From Octopus sinensis (Eukaryota), in contig NC_043001.1 of NCBI RefSeq assembly GCF_006345805.1, positions 2,170,001-2,234,000 of the forward strand: a stretch of DNA of 64,000 nucleotides, given 5' to 3'. The position numbers and the translations under genes are program-made. Position 1 is the stretch's first letter, and the number at the start of each line of letters is the position of its first letter. Below, piece after piece: positions 41,283 to 51,877 of the stretch. The notes beneath the pieces are model-generated. The model was not told where the DNA came from. It made no database searches and was given only the letters and a program-made list of their open reading frames with translations.

Positions 41283-41692
41283 AAGTAATATATTTCTAAA
41301 TCTCTGAGAGAGATTTATGCAATAGCAGCAAGATAAGGTGATGGTATGTTGTCAACTTAATGTGACAGTCCCATAAAAGGGAAGAATGCTACTGTTATTT
41401 AGCCCTAGGAAACACCGTTGGACTTGACATGTTTCCTGTGTCCTTATGTTTTCAAAGTGGAGACAAGCACCTCCACCCAGCAAAGCCAGCATCCAGAGAC
41501 TAGTTTCAGAGTCATTGCTTATCATCAGTCTGGAGTAGCATGGCTTGATAGCTGTCGATGCCTATTCACCTCTGAAAACATATATTTCAAGTGAAAGTCC
41601 AACAGGAAACGATGTTTCCTAGGGCTAAATAACAGTAGCATTGTTCCCTTTCATGGGACTGTCACATTAAGTTGACAACATACTATCACTTT
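41283..41692 (-). mobile_element. 410-bp foldback insertion with a 13-bp TSD and an apical hammerhead motif
   Basis: AAGCTAAAATCTG occurs at both 41270-41282 and 41693-41705. Outer inverted arms 41335-41419 and 41608-41692 differ at 5 of 85 positions. Imperfect pairing continues inward to the hammerhead. Confidence 0.88.
41492..41534 (-). ncRNA. Minimal type I hammerhead ribozyme motif
   Basis: Reads TCCAGA-CTGATGA-taagcaatgactct-GAAAC-TA-GTC-TCTGGA: perfect 6-bp stem I, intact core, palindromic stem III (ACTAGT), GUC triplet. Stem II is weak. Confidence 0.75.
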
Positions 41693-42294
41693 AAGCTAAA
41701 ATCTGTTGATACATTAAAAAGTAGGAAGTCGATTTGCAAGGTTTAAGAGTAGGGGAAAGATGTACAGTGAAAGAGATAGAGGTTAGGGGTACTTAGGGAT
41801 GGCTATAGTGAGTGGGGAAACAATGGTAAATATGAAAGGGGGTTGATGATAATAGCAGGTATGAAAGGTGTTGAATATGAGGTATGACAGATCTAAGAAA
41901 TAGCTGAGAGTAGAGAAGAGAGACAACCGAGAGAGGAAGGCACAAAAAAGGGGTAATGGATGGACAATTGTAAGAATGAAGGAAAGATATTAACAGGAAG
42001 TGGTTCTTGGGTGAGAAGGATATAAATGGCAGCACAAAATAATTGGTGATGAAATATGTTTTGATTCTGCTCTCAAATGATTACAGCCACTGAGTAGTGC
42101 CATAGTTAGAGGATTGACGGAGGGATGACTATTTTGAGAAGATGATATGAGGGAATGTTTGACAGGGGCAGATTAGATGCAGAGGCAGAGTCCAGCATGT
42201 TTAGGCATAGACAAAATGTTTTAGGCTCTTACTTTCACAGGGACAAATGGATTTTTTTACTCTAGTAACACTTAATAACTCTTCTAATGATGTA

Positions 42295-43588
42295 TTGGAT
42301 TGGCAGCTAGGTTCCCGCCATTTTTAAAAATTTAAATGTTTTAAAAGGTTTAATAAAAAATAACAACTAATTAATCAATAATATATTCACCCTTGTTGTT
42401 TACAACTTCTTCCCAACGTTCAACAAGATTTTCGATACTTCATTGGTAGAAATCACCTGATTTCGACTCGAAAAATTGATCCAACCAAGCTCTCATTTCT
42501 GCATCAGTATTGAACGAAACTCCGGGCAAAGCATTTGAAAGAGATCGAAAGAGGTGGAAATCCGTTGGTGCCAAATCAGGAAAGTACAGCGGCTGTGGCA
42601 GCACTTCTCAGCCAAGCATTTGAATGGCTTCCTTGGTCATATTGGCGATATGTGGGTGGGCATTGTCATGCAGCAGAAGAACTCCATGCTGTCGATTAGG
42701 TCTTTTCTCTTGAATAGCCATGTTGAGTCGTTCCATCCGTTGAACATAGAGTTCTGCATTGACTGTTTGGTTCCATTCAAGCAATTCATAATGGATAATC
42801 CTTTCCCAGTCCCATCATACATTCCACATTGTTTTACGTGGATGAAGATCTTGTTTCACGCGCGGTGTCGCTTGTTTACCGGGGCTAAGCTATTCCTTAC
42901 ACTGCTTCATATTGATATACAGGCACCATTTTACGTTGCCAGTAACGATTTGATAAAGAAATCGTTGCTTGTGTTCATGAGTTGTGTGGTGACAGGCAAG
43001 CAAACCAGCAAAGATTGTGGCTCACTGATTTTTGTTGTCAATTAAAGCATGCGGAACCCATGCTCCATACCTCTGAACATTTCCTATCGAGTGAAGATGC
43101 TTCTCTATAGCAGTGTGGGAGCATTCCATTTTCTCTGCAAGTTCCCTTGTCATTTGACGAGAATTTTCGTTCAACAGTTGGTTTAATTGCTCTTCATTGA
43201 ACTCAACTGGATGGCCAGAACGAGGTGCATCTTTGAGGTTAAAATTTCCATTTTTGAACTTTGCATACCAATCACGAGTGGTTCTTTCAGCTATGGCACC
43301 CTCTCCATACATAGCACAAATGCTGCAAGCAGCTTTTGCGGCCTTAGAACCTTGATTAAAAGCAAAAAGAAGGCGGTGTCGAAAATGCTCGTTTTTCTTA
43401 ACTTGACATTCCATTTTAATGATCTGAAAAGGAACAAAAATTAACTAAAATTAACGAGAAAAAAAGAAACAAAATAGATTCAAAAATGATTCAAAAATCG
43501 AATTCTTGAAAAAAAATAGATTCCAAAATTTTAAAACACAATAAATTCCAAAATTAAAAAAACGGTGGGAACTTAGTTGCCAATCCAA
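42295..43588 (-). mobile_element. Full-length (1294 bp) mariner element with both TIRs and TA TSD; transposase pseudogenised
   Basis: TA|TTGGATTGGCAGCTAGGTTCCCGCCATTTTT ... AAAAACGGTGGGAACTTAGTTGCCAATCCAA|TA. ORF 43022-43414 reads (..EHFRHRLLF..WVPHAL). Further motifs are IVTGNVKW (first D mutated to N), LHDNAHPH and YFPDLAPTDFHLF, with stops. Confidence 0.96.
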
Positions 43589-44164
43589 TAAATACAGCAA
43601 AAGCAGTGAGCTTGCAGAATTGGGCAAAAAATATTAAGTGGAATTTTATCCATCTTTTCATTCTGAGCTCAGAACCTTTCTACCTTTCATTCTTTCAAGG
43701 TCTATAAACTAAGTACCAGTTGTGTACTGGGATTAATGTTATCAATTTAATCCTTCCCTGAAATTGCTGGCCTTGTGCCAAAATCTGAAATCAATGTACA
43801 GTACAGGTTTCATTACTGATTTCCCAGCAACTGAAGATTTCTTGTCTTCTTTAGTTCAGACATAATTTTGTGAGGATGATTAAATTAGAAAATCTGAAAT
43901 AAATTCAACAAATGTCCTACAAATGAGAATACTAAAAGAGAACCTAACTGCTCTCAAAAATTAAGTAAAAAACCAGGAAAATAATCCAGAATAATAATCC
44001 ATGAAAAGCGCAGGCACGGCCAACCGACGGAGAAAGGCAAAGGCACCTGGTCCAGGACTTGATCGATCCGAATGGTAGTCTTGGAATGTGGCTGTAGAAA
44101 ATTTACTAACAGTAATAAATAGTTTATCCTTATCTAATACAAACCAAAGTCAACAAATTCACCA

Positions 44165-44772
44165 TTCTAAATAATTTCCGAGGTGGAGGTAATAATAATC
44201 AGTTCTACTCAGGAATTTTTAAATGAATAACAGTAGACCCTTTGCTTTTTTCTTCTCTTTCTTTTGTATTCCTGTTGTTTTATATCGATGTATAGATGTA
44301 TGAATATATATAAGCATACTGTTAAGTGTTAATATGTATGTATAATATATAATATATATATATTATAAAACTATGTTCGTGTTATTTAATTTCTTAGCTG
44401 CCGTTTGTTTATGTAGTTTGATTTCTTTATCCATCAGTTTCTACTAAGATAGAAACGTGAGTAAAATTAATAACAGAAACGAAAATAAGACTTTGGAAAC
44501 AGCGAAAGGGAGGTAACTGAGAAAGACTTTTGAAAGCCAATGGAAGACCGTAATCAAGTAAAGTAAATCTAACAAATAATACAGAATCCTTGTCTGGTAT
44601 TAGATTGATCCCCAATTCTAATCCGTTCATGCCAGTCATGAGGCCAAACATCCCTGAAAGTTTTATCCAAATCCATCCAGCGGTTCTTGAGATATCTTGT
44701 CCACAGACAAACAAACAAACACGACTGAAAAGAATACCTCTGCCTTCGCCAAGGGGGGGGGGGGGTAATAAG
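44165..44772 (-). mobile_element. Probable Helentron-associated (HINE/DINE-like) non-autonomous element or elements
   Basis: The minus strand starts TTATTACCCC..CTTGGCGAAGGCAGAGGTA (short terminal IR) followed by (GTTT)n GTCTGT. There is a hairpin GTTTCTA-ctaaga-TAGAAAC at ~44438, and a second similar head TTATTACCTCCACC at ~44195. Confidence 0.5.
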
Positions 44773-46314
44773 ATCCACTATTGAAAGAAGCTCATGTAGC
44801 TAGCACTGGGTCATTGGTGGTTAGCATTCGGTCAAGGGTTCAATTTTTGACTTGGCTGTGTGTTGTGTCCTTCAGCAAGTCTCTCCATTTTACATTGTTC
44901 CAATACATTCGTCTGAAAGCGAATATCAGTCACACTCTGTATAGATGAGTGTCTCAGCCAAAGAAAAATCTTACGCTAGAGTTTCAATGAAAATGTCTTG
45001 GAAAGCCAGATGAGTTCCAACCACATCAAGACAGACAACCATGGCACTGGGTGAGGTTGGGATAGACTCAGAATGATTTGGTTAAATGTTGTTGTTTAGT
45101 AGCCAGTCTTGGTCAAACACTACTTTATGATCAAAAACCGTGATAAAATCATCTCTTAAAAACAGGGTAGGTTTATTGCTAATGACTAAGATGGAGAAAG
45201 TATTGCTTTCTTACAAAGCGTCACATTTTAGAGGTGGTTGGGAGGGGAGAATTAAATCAACTCCAGTTCTTCATGCTGAGAAATATTGCATTGAAACAGA
45301 AAGTTCCAATAATATGGTGTGTTTGTTTGCATATGTGTTCTTCTTAAATGGTAAACTTCCTGTGAACCAAGCCCGCAAGCAAGTTTTGGTTCTCTATTGA
45401 AGCCAGTTCGTTTATGCCAGCATAAACATCATACATTCTCTTTCACTCCTCATATAAATTCCTGGTCTTCTGCCGAAATATAAAAAAAAAGAAAAAGAAA
45501 AGAAGAATAAAAATCAATAATCTTTTGATATGTATTGAAAAATAAGGTGTTTCTCTTGCAACGATTCTTCATTAGAAGTCACCAACATGAAAAATAAAAA
45601 GAGACATGACAACATTTCAAGAAGCGAACTTAAAAGAAAAGAAAACAAAATTTATAGATTTCAAGAATATATATTTTCCACCAAAATTTAAAAAGCAAAC
45701 ATTATTCCGCCTCTATCAGATTTATACGAAGTATACCAGTGAAGAAGAAATAAAGAATAAAGATAAAATACATAAAAAAAGAAAGAGAAAAACATCGAAA
45801 GTTTAATGTAATAACTGCAAAAATATGTAACTTTATAATTTTCGGTTCATAAAGCTGGAATTATAATTGAAAGTCAAACTTTGAATTCAAGCAGAATAAA
45901 CTTGGCACCATATTTCTTTATTTTAATTTTAAGAATTGGAAAAATACAACCAATTTCACACTACACATTTGTGTCCATTCTGATTGCTTTTTTGAATATT
46001 TATTATTTCTTAAAATGTTATTAGAAATTAGTTGAGATTATTTCAATTTTTAATTCTCTTATTTCTATAAAATAAAAACACTTTCTGGGGTTTTGTTGCT
46101 TATAATAGATTCCATAAATCTTTTATATTCCACTTATATACACATTTTAATTATTTCAGATAGGAGAATGTAATTTTTAGAAATAAAATTAAAAATGGCT
46201 TTTTTCCATTTAGCAAGTAATTTGTCATTGTTTTATTAAGGTTTTTATTAATCTAAAGTCTGTAACATTTTGCAAGAAAACGTGGACGAGGCAGCAAGAG
46301 AATAATTTGTGTCT

Positions 46315-46579
46315 TTCATCTTTTGCTTGTTTCAGTTGTGAGATCGTGGCCATTCTGGAGCAAAGCCATGAAGAATTTTAGTTGAATACATTGCCCCACC
46401 AGCATTTATTTTCTGTTTAAACTTGGTAATTATTCTATCAGTCTCTTATGCTGAACTGCTAAGTTACAGGGACATAAACACATCAACACCAGCTGTGAAG
46501 TGGTGCTGGGGGACAGATACAGGCCCTAAACAAACACACAGACACACACAGAAGCATAGCTGTATGTGTGTAATTGTGT

Positions 46580-46619
<40 letters not shown>

Positions 46620-46860
46620 GTGTGTGTGTGTTTGAGTGTGTGTCTGAGTGTCTGTATATGTATCTTTATGTTTATCCCTCCCCAATAGATAACTGGTGTT
46701 GTTTGTTTACATTCCTGTAACTTAGTAGCTCAGCAAAATGAGACTGATAAGATAAATACCAGCCTTAATATAAATTTGGAGATAATTTGCTTGCTGAAAC
46801 CCTTCAAGAAGATGCTCCATCATGGGCACAGTCCAATGACTGAAACAAGTAAAAAGAACA
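46315..46860. mobile_element. Two family A SINE 3' halves in inverted orientation around a (TG)n tract
   Basis: 46315-46550 (-) and 46660-46860 (+) both match the 3' half of the 63288 copy. Confidence 0.75.
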
Positions 46861-47731
46861 AATGAACAACGAATATATGGTGATTACTGACACCTCTTTG
46901 AACTAAATTATACACTTAAGTACATGGAATTCTACACTTCTCCCACAGGACTTCAACACTGTTGTTCATCTGTACACAACATGTTCCCTTTCTCATAATT
47001 ACATTTCTGAGTACTTCATATGTTAAATTATCTTAATTATTTATTTGAACACAGTTGAACTTCTGTATTGTCACAATATTTTCTCTTTTTACCTGTTGAT
47101 TGCTTTACCTACATGATTCACCTGTAAGTTACCTGCTGTGAATTTATCAACTCACCACTCTTAGAGCATGTAAAAGAACATTTCTTTTACAAGACTGAGT
47201 AGTCTGTTAACTTATGCTACTAAATTAATTAAGACCATTTCTTAATGAGACAGAACACCCTGGTTGAATGACACTTTGATTCCATGACTTCTCAGACTTT
47301 ATGTCATACCTGGTGATTTATAATCTAACTTACCTTTAATGAATGATAAAGAACACCTCAGGTTATTCAAAAGTTGTAAGTCATGCTAAATAATTCCTCA
47401 CTGAATTTACCATTTTTAAAATTAAACACGAGATGTTGCCTCTATAATTTAGCAGTCTCTAAGTTACTCTGTTAATTTATCATCATATTTACCAATTTTC
47501 TGTTGAAATGGATATACCTTACAAGCGGCAGCAGTTTGTAAGTCACACCTGATAGGTTATAGACATATTTACCATTTATGAATAAAACAGAAGATGTCAC
47601 TTCCAGAACAACTTGCAGACAATAACTCAACTGTCACTAATCCTAAATGAATGATTTTGGTGCAGTTTTCTGAGAACCATGTCACCAATGAAGCTGGCAT
47701 TGATCTAATACTGCTTCATAAAACATCAAAA

Positions 47732-47773
<42 letters not shown>

Positions 47774-48094
47774 AAACCCAGCACTTCTCTCTTGGGAAAT
47801 TATTGCTGTCCTTTCAATCTATTTCTCCAGTTTTGTGTCCGATAACCATTTTATGTCGGATTGTTATCAACACTAAGATAATTTTTACAAGATAATGTTG
47901 CACAGGTTATCACATTATTAACTAAAGTACTTAATGAGCTCTAATGACTGGGGACAACAGCGACATTAAGCAGCAGATCAGAGAACCAAGTCTTTAAGTG
48001 TTATTCTCAGGGATAATGGCAATTCCCATCATCACAAACATATACATGTATCTATGCATATGTATATGTATGCATGTGGACACACAAATATATA

Positions 48095-48138
<44 letters not shown>

Positions 48139-48190
48139 CACACACACACATATATATATGTATGTATATATATGTGTGTGTGTGTGTGTA

Positions 48191-48578
48191 TCTCTTTACT
48201 TGTTTCAGTCATTTGACTGCAGCCATGCTGGAGCACCGCCTTTTTAGTCGAGCAAATTGTCCCCAGGACTTATTCTTTGTAAGCCTATCGGTCTCTTTTG
48301 CTGAACCGCTAAGTAACAGGGACATAAACACACCAGCATCGGTTGTCAAGCGATGTTGGGGAGACAAACACAGACACACAAACACACACACACACATATA
48401 TATACATATATATATACGACGGGCTTCTTTCAGTTTCCGTCTACCAAATCCACTCACAAGGCTTTGGTCGGCCCAAGGCTATAGTAGAAGACACTTGCCC
48501 AAGGTGCCACGCAGTGGGACTGAACCCTGAACTATGTGGTTGGTAAGCAAGCTACTTACCACACAGCCACTCCTGCGT
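48191..48578 (-). mobile_element. Family A SINE, young
   Basis: Highly similar to the reverse complement of 63288-63700, with CpGs retained. Confidence 0.92.
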
Positions 48579-48747
48579 ATGTATATATATATATGCATAT
48601 GTGTGTGTTTGTATAGTGTGTATAATACATACACACATACTTCCATATATATATATATATATATGTATACATACATACATACACACACATATACATATAC
48701 ATGCATATATATATATATACATACATACATACATACATACATACATA

Positions 48748-49570
48748 CAAGGTGTGATGGGTAAATTGTTGAAAAATTTATATTTGTAATTTCATGCATG
48801 CACATTGTTTTTGATTTTGTCAACTACATCGTATAGTAGGGTCAGTTGGGCACCATCTGTGAGAAAAAAACAGCACCATGAGGCAATTCACTCTGCCAGA
48901 AATTTGGAAACAACATACTGTACTGCTTGGCATTTGCGCCAGAAGCTGCATTACGGACATTTCAAAGTGTTTGGGTATCAGTCTGTGGACGGTGCAATCT
49001 GAGGACATGTACTGAGAGGGATAAAAATCAAACATCCAGTCAACATCATGGTGTTTTGGCATGATCACTGGTGATGGCGATGTTATGCCACCATTCATCT
49101 TTCCACATGGCCTCACACTCAACAAGGAGGCTTACATCAAGTGCCTGGAGGAGGTAGTGCTGCCCTTAAGTGGGTGTCTACTGGAAGACCCTATGTCTGG
49201 TAACAGGACTCTGCACCATGCCACATAAGCTGGAGAACCCAGTCCTAGCTGTCAGTCAATTTCTGTGACAACACCACCCCTAACATCTGGCCACCCAACT
49301 CCCCACACTGCAACCCACTTGATTATTATATGTAGGATGCAGTTGAGTGAGAGGCCAACAAAACTCCCTTGTAACATCAAAGATGAACTGAAGACAGCAT
49401 TCACCAACTTAAACAAGGAGACCATCCAGAAGAGTTGCAGGAGATTCCAAACATGTCTGGAGCCTGTAGATATTTTTATGTAATTTTAGTAAATATATCT
49501 TTTAAAATGAGATGTCAGTGTTATTTTCATTTTTGTGTAATTTAGACAACAGTTTATTCACTGCACCCTG
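48748..49570 (+). mobile_element. Internally deleted maT (DD37D) transposon with imperfect TIRs and TA flanks
   Basis: TA|CAAGGTGTGATGGGTAAATTGTT ... AACAGTTTATTCACTGCACCCTG|TA. Translation reads GRPYVW*QDSAPCH..IWPPNSPHCNPLDYY, with 37 residues between the second and third D. Confidence 0.9.
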
Positions 49571-49595
49571 TACATATATATATACATATATATAT

Positions 49596-49642
<47 letters not shown>

Positions 49643-50029
49643 TATTTATATACATATATATATAAGTATGTATATAAATCTACATACATATACTTTTATC
49701 TTGATAAAGACACACACCCAACCAGACACCCACCAGCACTGTTACGATAAACAAAAACAGTGTTAAACAGTCGTCGCAATTTAATCAGTGCTCAGAAGTA
49801 TCACTTATTATCACCAATAATTCTTTAGATCTATCTGCTTCTGGTGCTAATCACCTGTATTATAGTGTGGAATATACTCCCCAATGGTGTTTATACCTTG
49901 CTGCAATAATTATTAATACATTATAATTACAAATGTTTCAGACAAATTTCTTTAAACAACCAACGAAATCACTTCTCTTATTAAGAACAACAAAGGCAAA
50001 TTTCATAATTTGAAATATCTAAGTATAAA

Positions 50030-50335
50030 GTCTCTCTCTCTCTCTCTCTCTCTCTAACACACACACACTCCACTTCTCTCTCTCGTTTCTCTCTCCCCTT
50101 CTCTCTCACCCCTCTCTCTCACTTTTCTCTCTCTTCTCTCTCTTCTCTCTCTTCTCTCACCCTCTCTCTTACTTCACTCTCTGTCTCAGCCCCCTCACTC
50201 ACTTCTCCCTCTCTTCTCTCTATCTCACTTCTCTTTCTCTCCTCCTCTCCCTTCTCTCCATCCCCTCCCCCTCTCTCTTTTTTCTTTCACCCCCTCCCCT
50301 CCCTCACTCCCTCACCCCCCATCTCCCCTCCCTTT
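50030..50335. repeat. Polypyrimidine (CT-rich) tract
   Basis: Directly visible. Confidence 0.9.
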
Positions 50336-51044
50336 ACAGCTGCCATAGATTCAGTCTGTGTTATCGGAGTCACTCGTACAGTTGCTACCTTCACTTCAAA
50401 AAGTCTGATGAAAAGAAAAAGTGAAAATAAGCCAAAACGAAAAGCAAAAAGAAATAAAGAATGAAATGTTTGAAGTGAAAACAAAAGGAAGTGTTTCATT
50501 GATAAACGAGGAAAGTATATTGTGTGTGCTGTGGTAACCTAACGCCATTTGGTCATCACTGGTTCCATATCTTTTCTTCTCTATTCCTCTGCCATAACTG
50601 CTGCACTCCCAGCTTCCTTTAAAATCTTACAGACCTCTAAACAAAGAATTGATCGATTGATGTAGTGTTGCTTTAATGGTTGCTGGCATGGTTGGACATG
50701 TGAGAAGTTTGATTGAAAACCATCTGGTCTGAGGTTCATTCCCACTGCATAGAACCTTAGGCAAGAGTTTCAACCCCAATCACTATCCCTGAGAAAACAA
50801 AGCCATTGGTGTAAGCAATCGTGGTGGCAAACTGGCAGAATGGTCACCATGCCAGACAAAATACTTGGCATTATTTTGTCCATTTTCACATTCTGAATTT
50901 AAATGCCACAGAGGTCACCTTTGCCTTTCGTCCTTTCAAGGGTCAATAAAAGAAGTACCAGTCATGTACAGGGATTGATGTAGTTGACTTATCCATCCCC
51001 AACAATTTGGCCTTGAGTCAAAATTTGAAACCAATATACTTATT

Positions 51045-51253
51045 CACTGTTCTATATTTTAGAGATGAGGAATTCTGCACATTATTTACATTATTTACAT
51101 TGGACAGATATTTGTCCTTATCTTGTTTGTTGTTACCACAACGTTGTGACTGCTTTACTCTCCAGCCTTTATCAGGTGTCCCAATAAAATTTTGAACTCA
51201 ACCCTGGGTTCTCATTCCTAAGGTATTTTTTGCTAATGTTGTTGTTATTATTA

Positions 51254-51310
<57 letters not shown>

Positions 51311-51491
51311 ATTAGCATAATGGTTAAGAGTGCGGGTTAATAACCCCAAGATTGTGAGTTCAATTCCAGGCAGCGCCTTGAATAAATAATAATAATAATA
51401 ATAACATCAACAAAAAATATCTTTGGAATGAGAACCGAGGGCTGGGTTCAAAATTCTAAAAGGACACCTGATGAAGACTGGAGAGTAAATC
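51045..51491. mobile_element. Inverted pair of a tRNA-headed SINE with a hammerhead-like tail: 51045-51235 (-) and 51311-51491 (+, truncated)
   Basis: The plus copy has A box TAGCATAATGG and B box GAGTTCAATTCC, then (TAA)n, then GGACAC-CTGATGA-AGACTG. The minus copy reads GGACAC-CTGATAA-AGGCTG-gagagtaaag-CAGTC-ACAAC-GTT-GTG. Confidence 0.65.
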
Positions 51492-51858
51492 GAGTGGTTC
51501 CAAGCAGTGCTGCTTTCTGCAAGTGCTCCACCCTTATTGCAGCCCCTATTTGTTCCATGTACTTCTCAAGAGTTTTACTCACTGTTCCCAGGGCTCCAAC
51601 AATTATTGGTACCTTTTTCATTGACCACAACTGCTTAACCTCCCAAACTAACCTGTCATATCTCTCCACTTTTCTTTCTTCCTTATTGCACACCTTGTTG
51701 TCAGCTGGGCATGATCCAGCATCGTTTGCTTTCTTTCTCAATTAAGACTGTCTGGTTTCCTATTTTCTATTTCATGGTCACACTGAATCATAAAATCTCA
51801 TAGGATCTTTGCATTATCATTTTTCATGATGCCTTTGGGTTTATGTTTGTACCACTTT
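51492..51858 (-). mobile_element. Older R4/Dong-like RLE C-terminal fragment
   Basis: Reads KWYKHKP..AKIL*DF..RKPD..KVERYDRL..VPIIVGALGTV..LQKAALLGT. Confidence 0.85.
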
Positions 51859-51877
51859 TATTATTATTATTATTATT

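Larger units (their letters stand above)
40790..42235 (-). mobile_element. RTE LINE 3' UTR remnant, interrupted by the 41283-41692 insertion
   Basis: Purine-rich on the plus strand, mirroring 3700-4280. Begins with the family C/RTE tail segment GTGCTTTTTATGTGGCACCAACACCAG..CTTGCAAGACAAA. Confidence 0.6.

Noticed and set aside
41335-41692. Reading the foldback as an ordinary MITE
   Set aside because: The 13-bp TSD does not abut the left arm (52 extra nt lie inside it), and the hairpin apex is a hammerhead core. A retroposed origin fits better, though a Mutator-like origin is not formally excluded.
42554-43045. 163-aa plus-strand ORF
   Set aside because: It is the antisense shadow of the minus-strand mariner transposase.
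50400-50432. CTGATGA-aaagaaaaagt-GAAAA
   Set aside because: No stem I, II or III pairing. A chance match in A-rich sequence.
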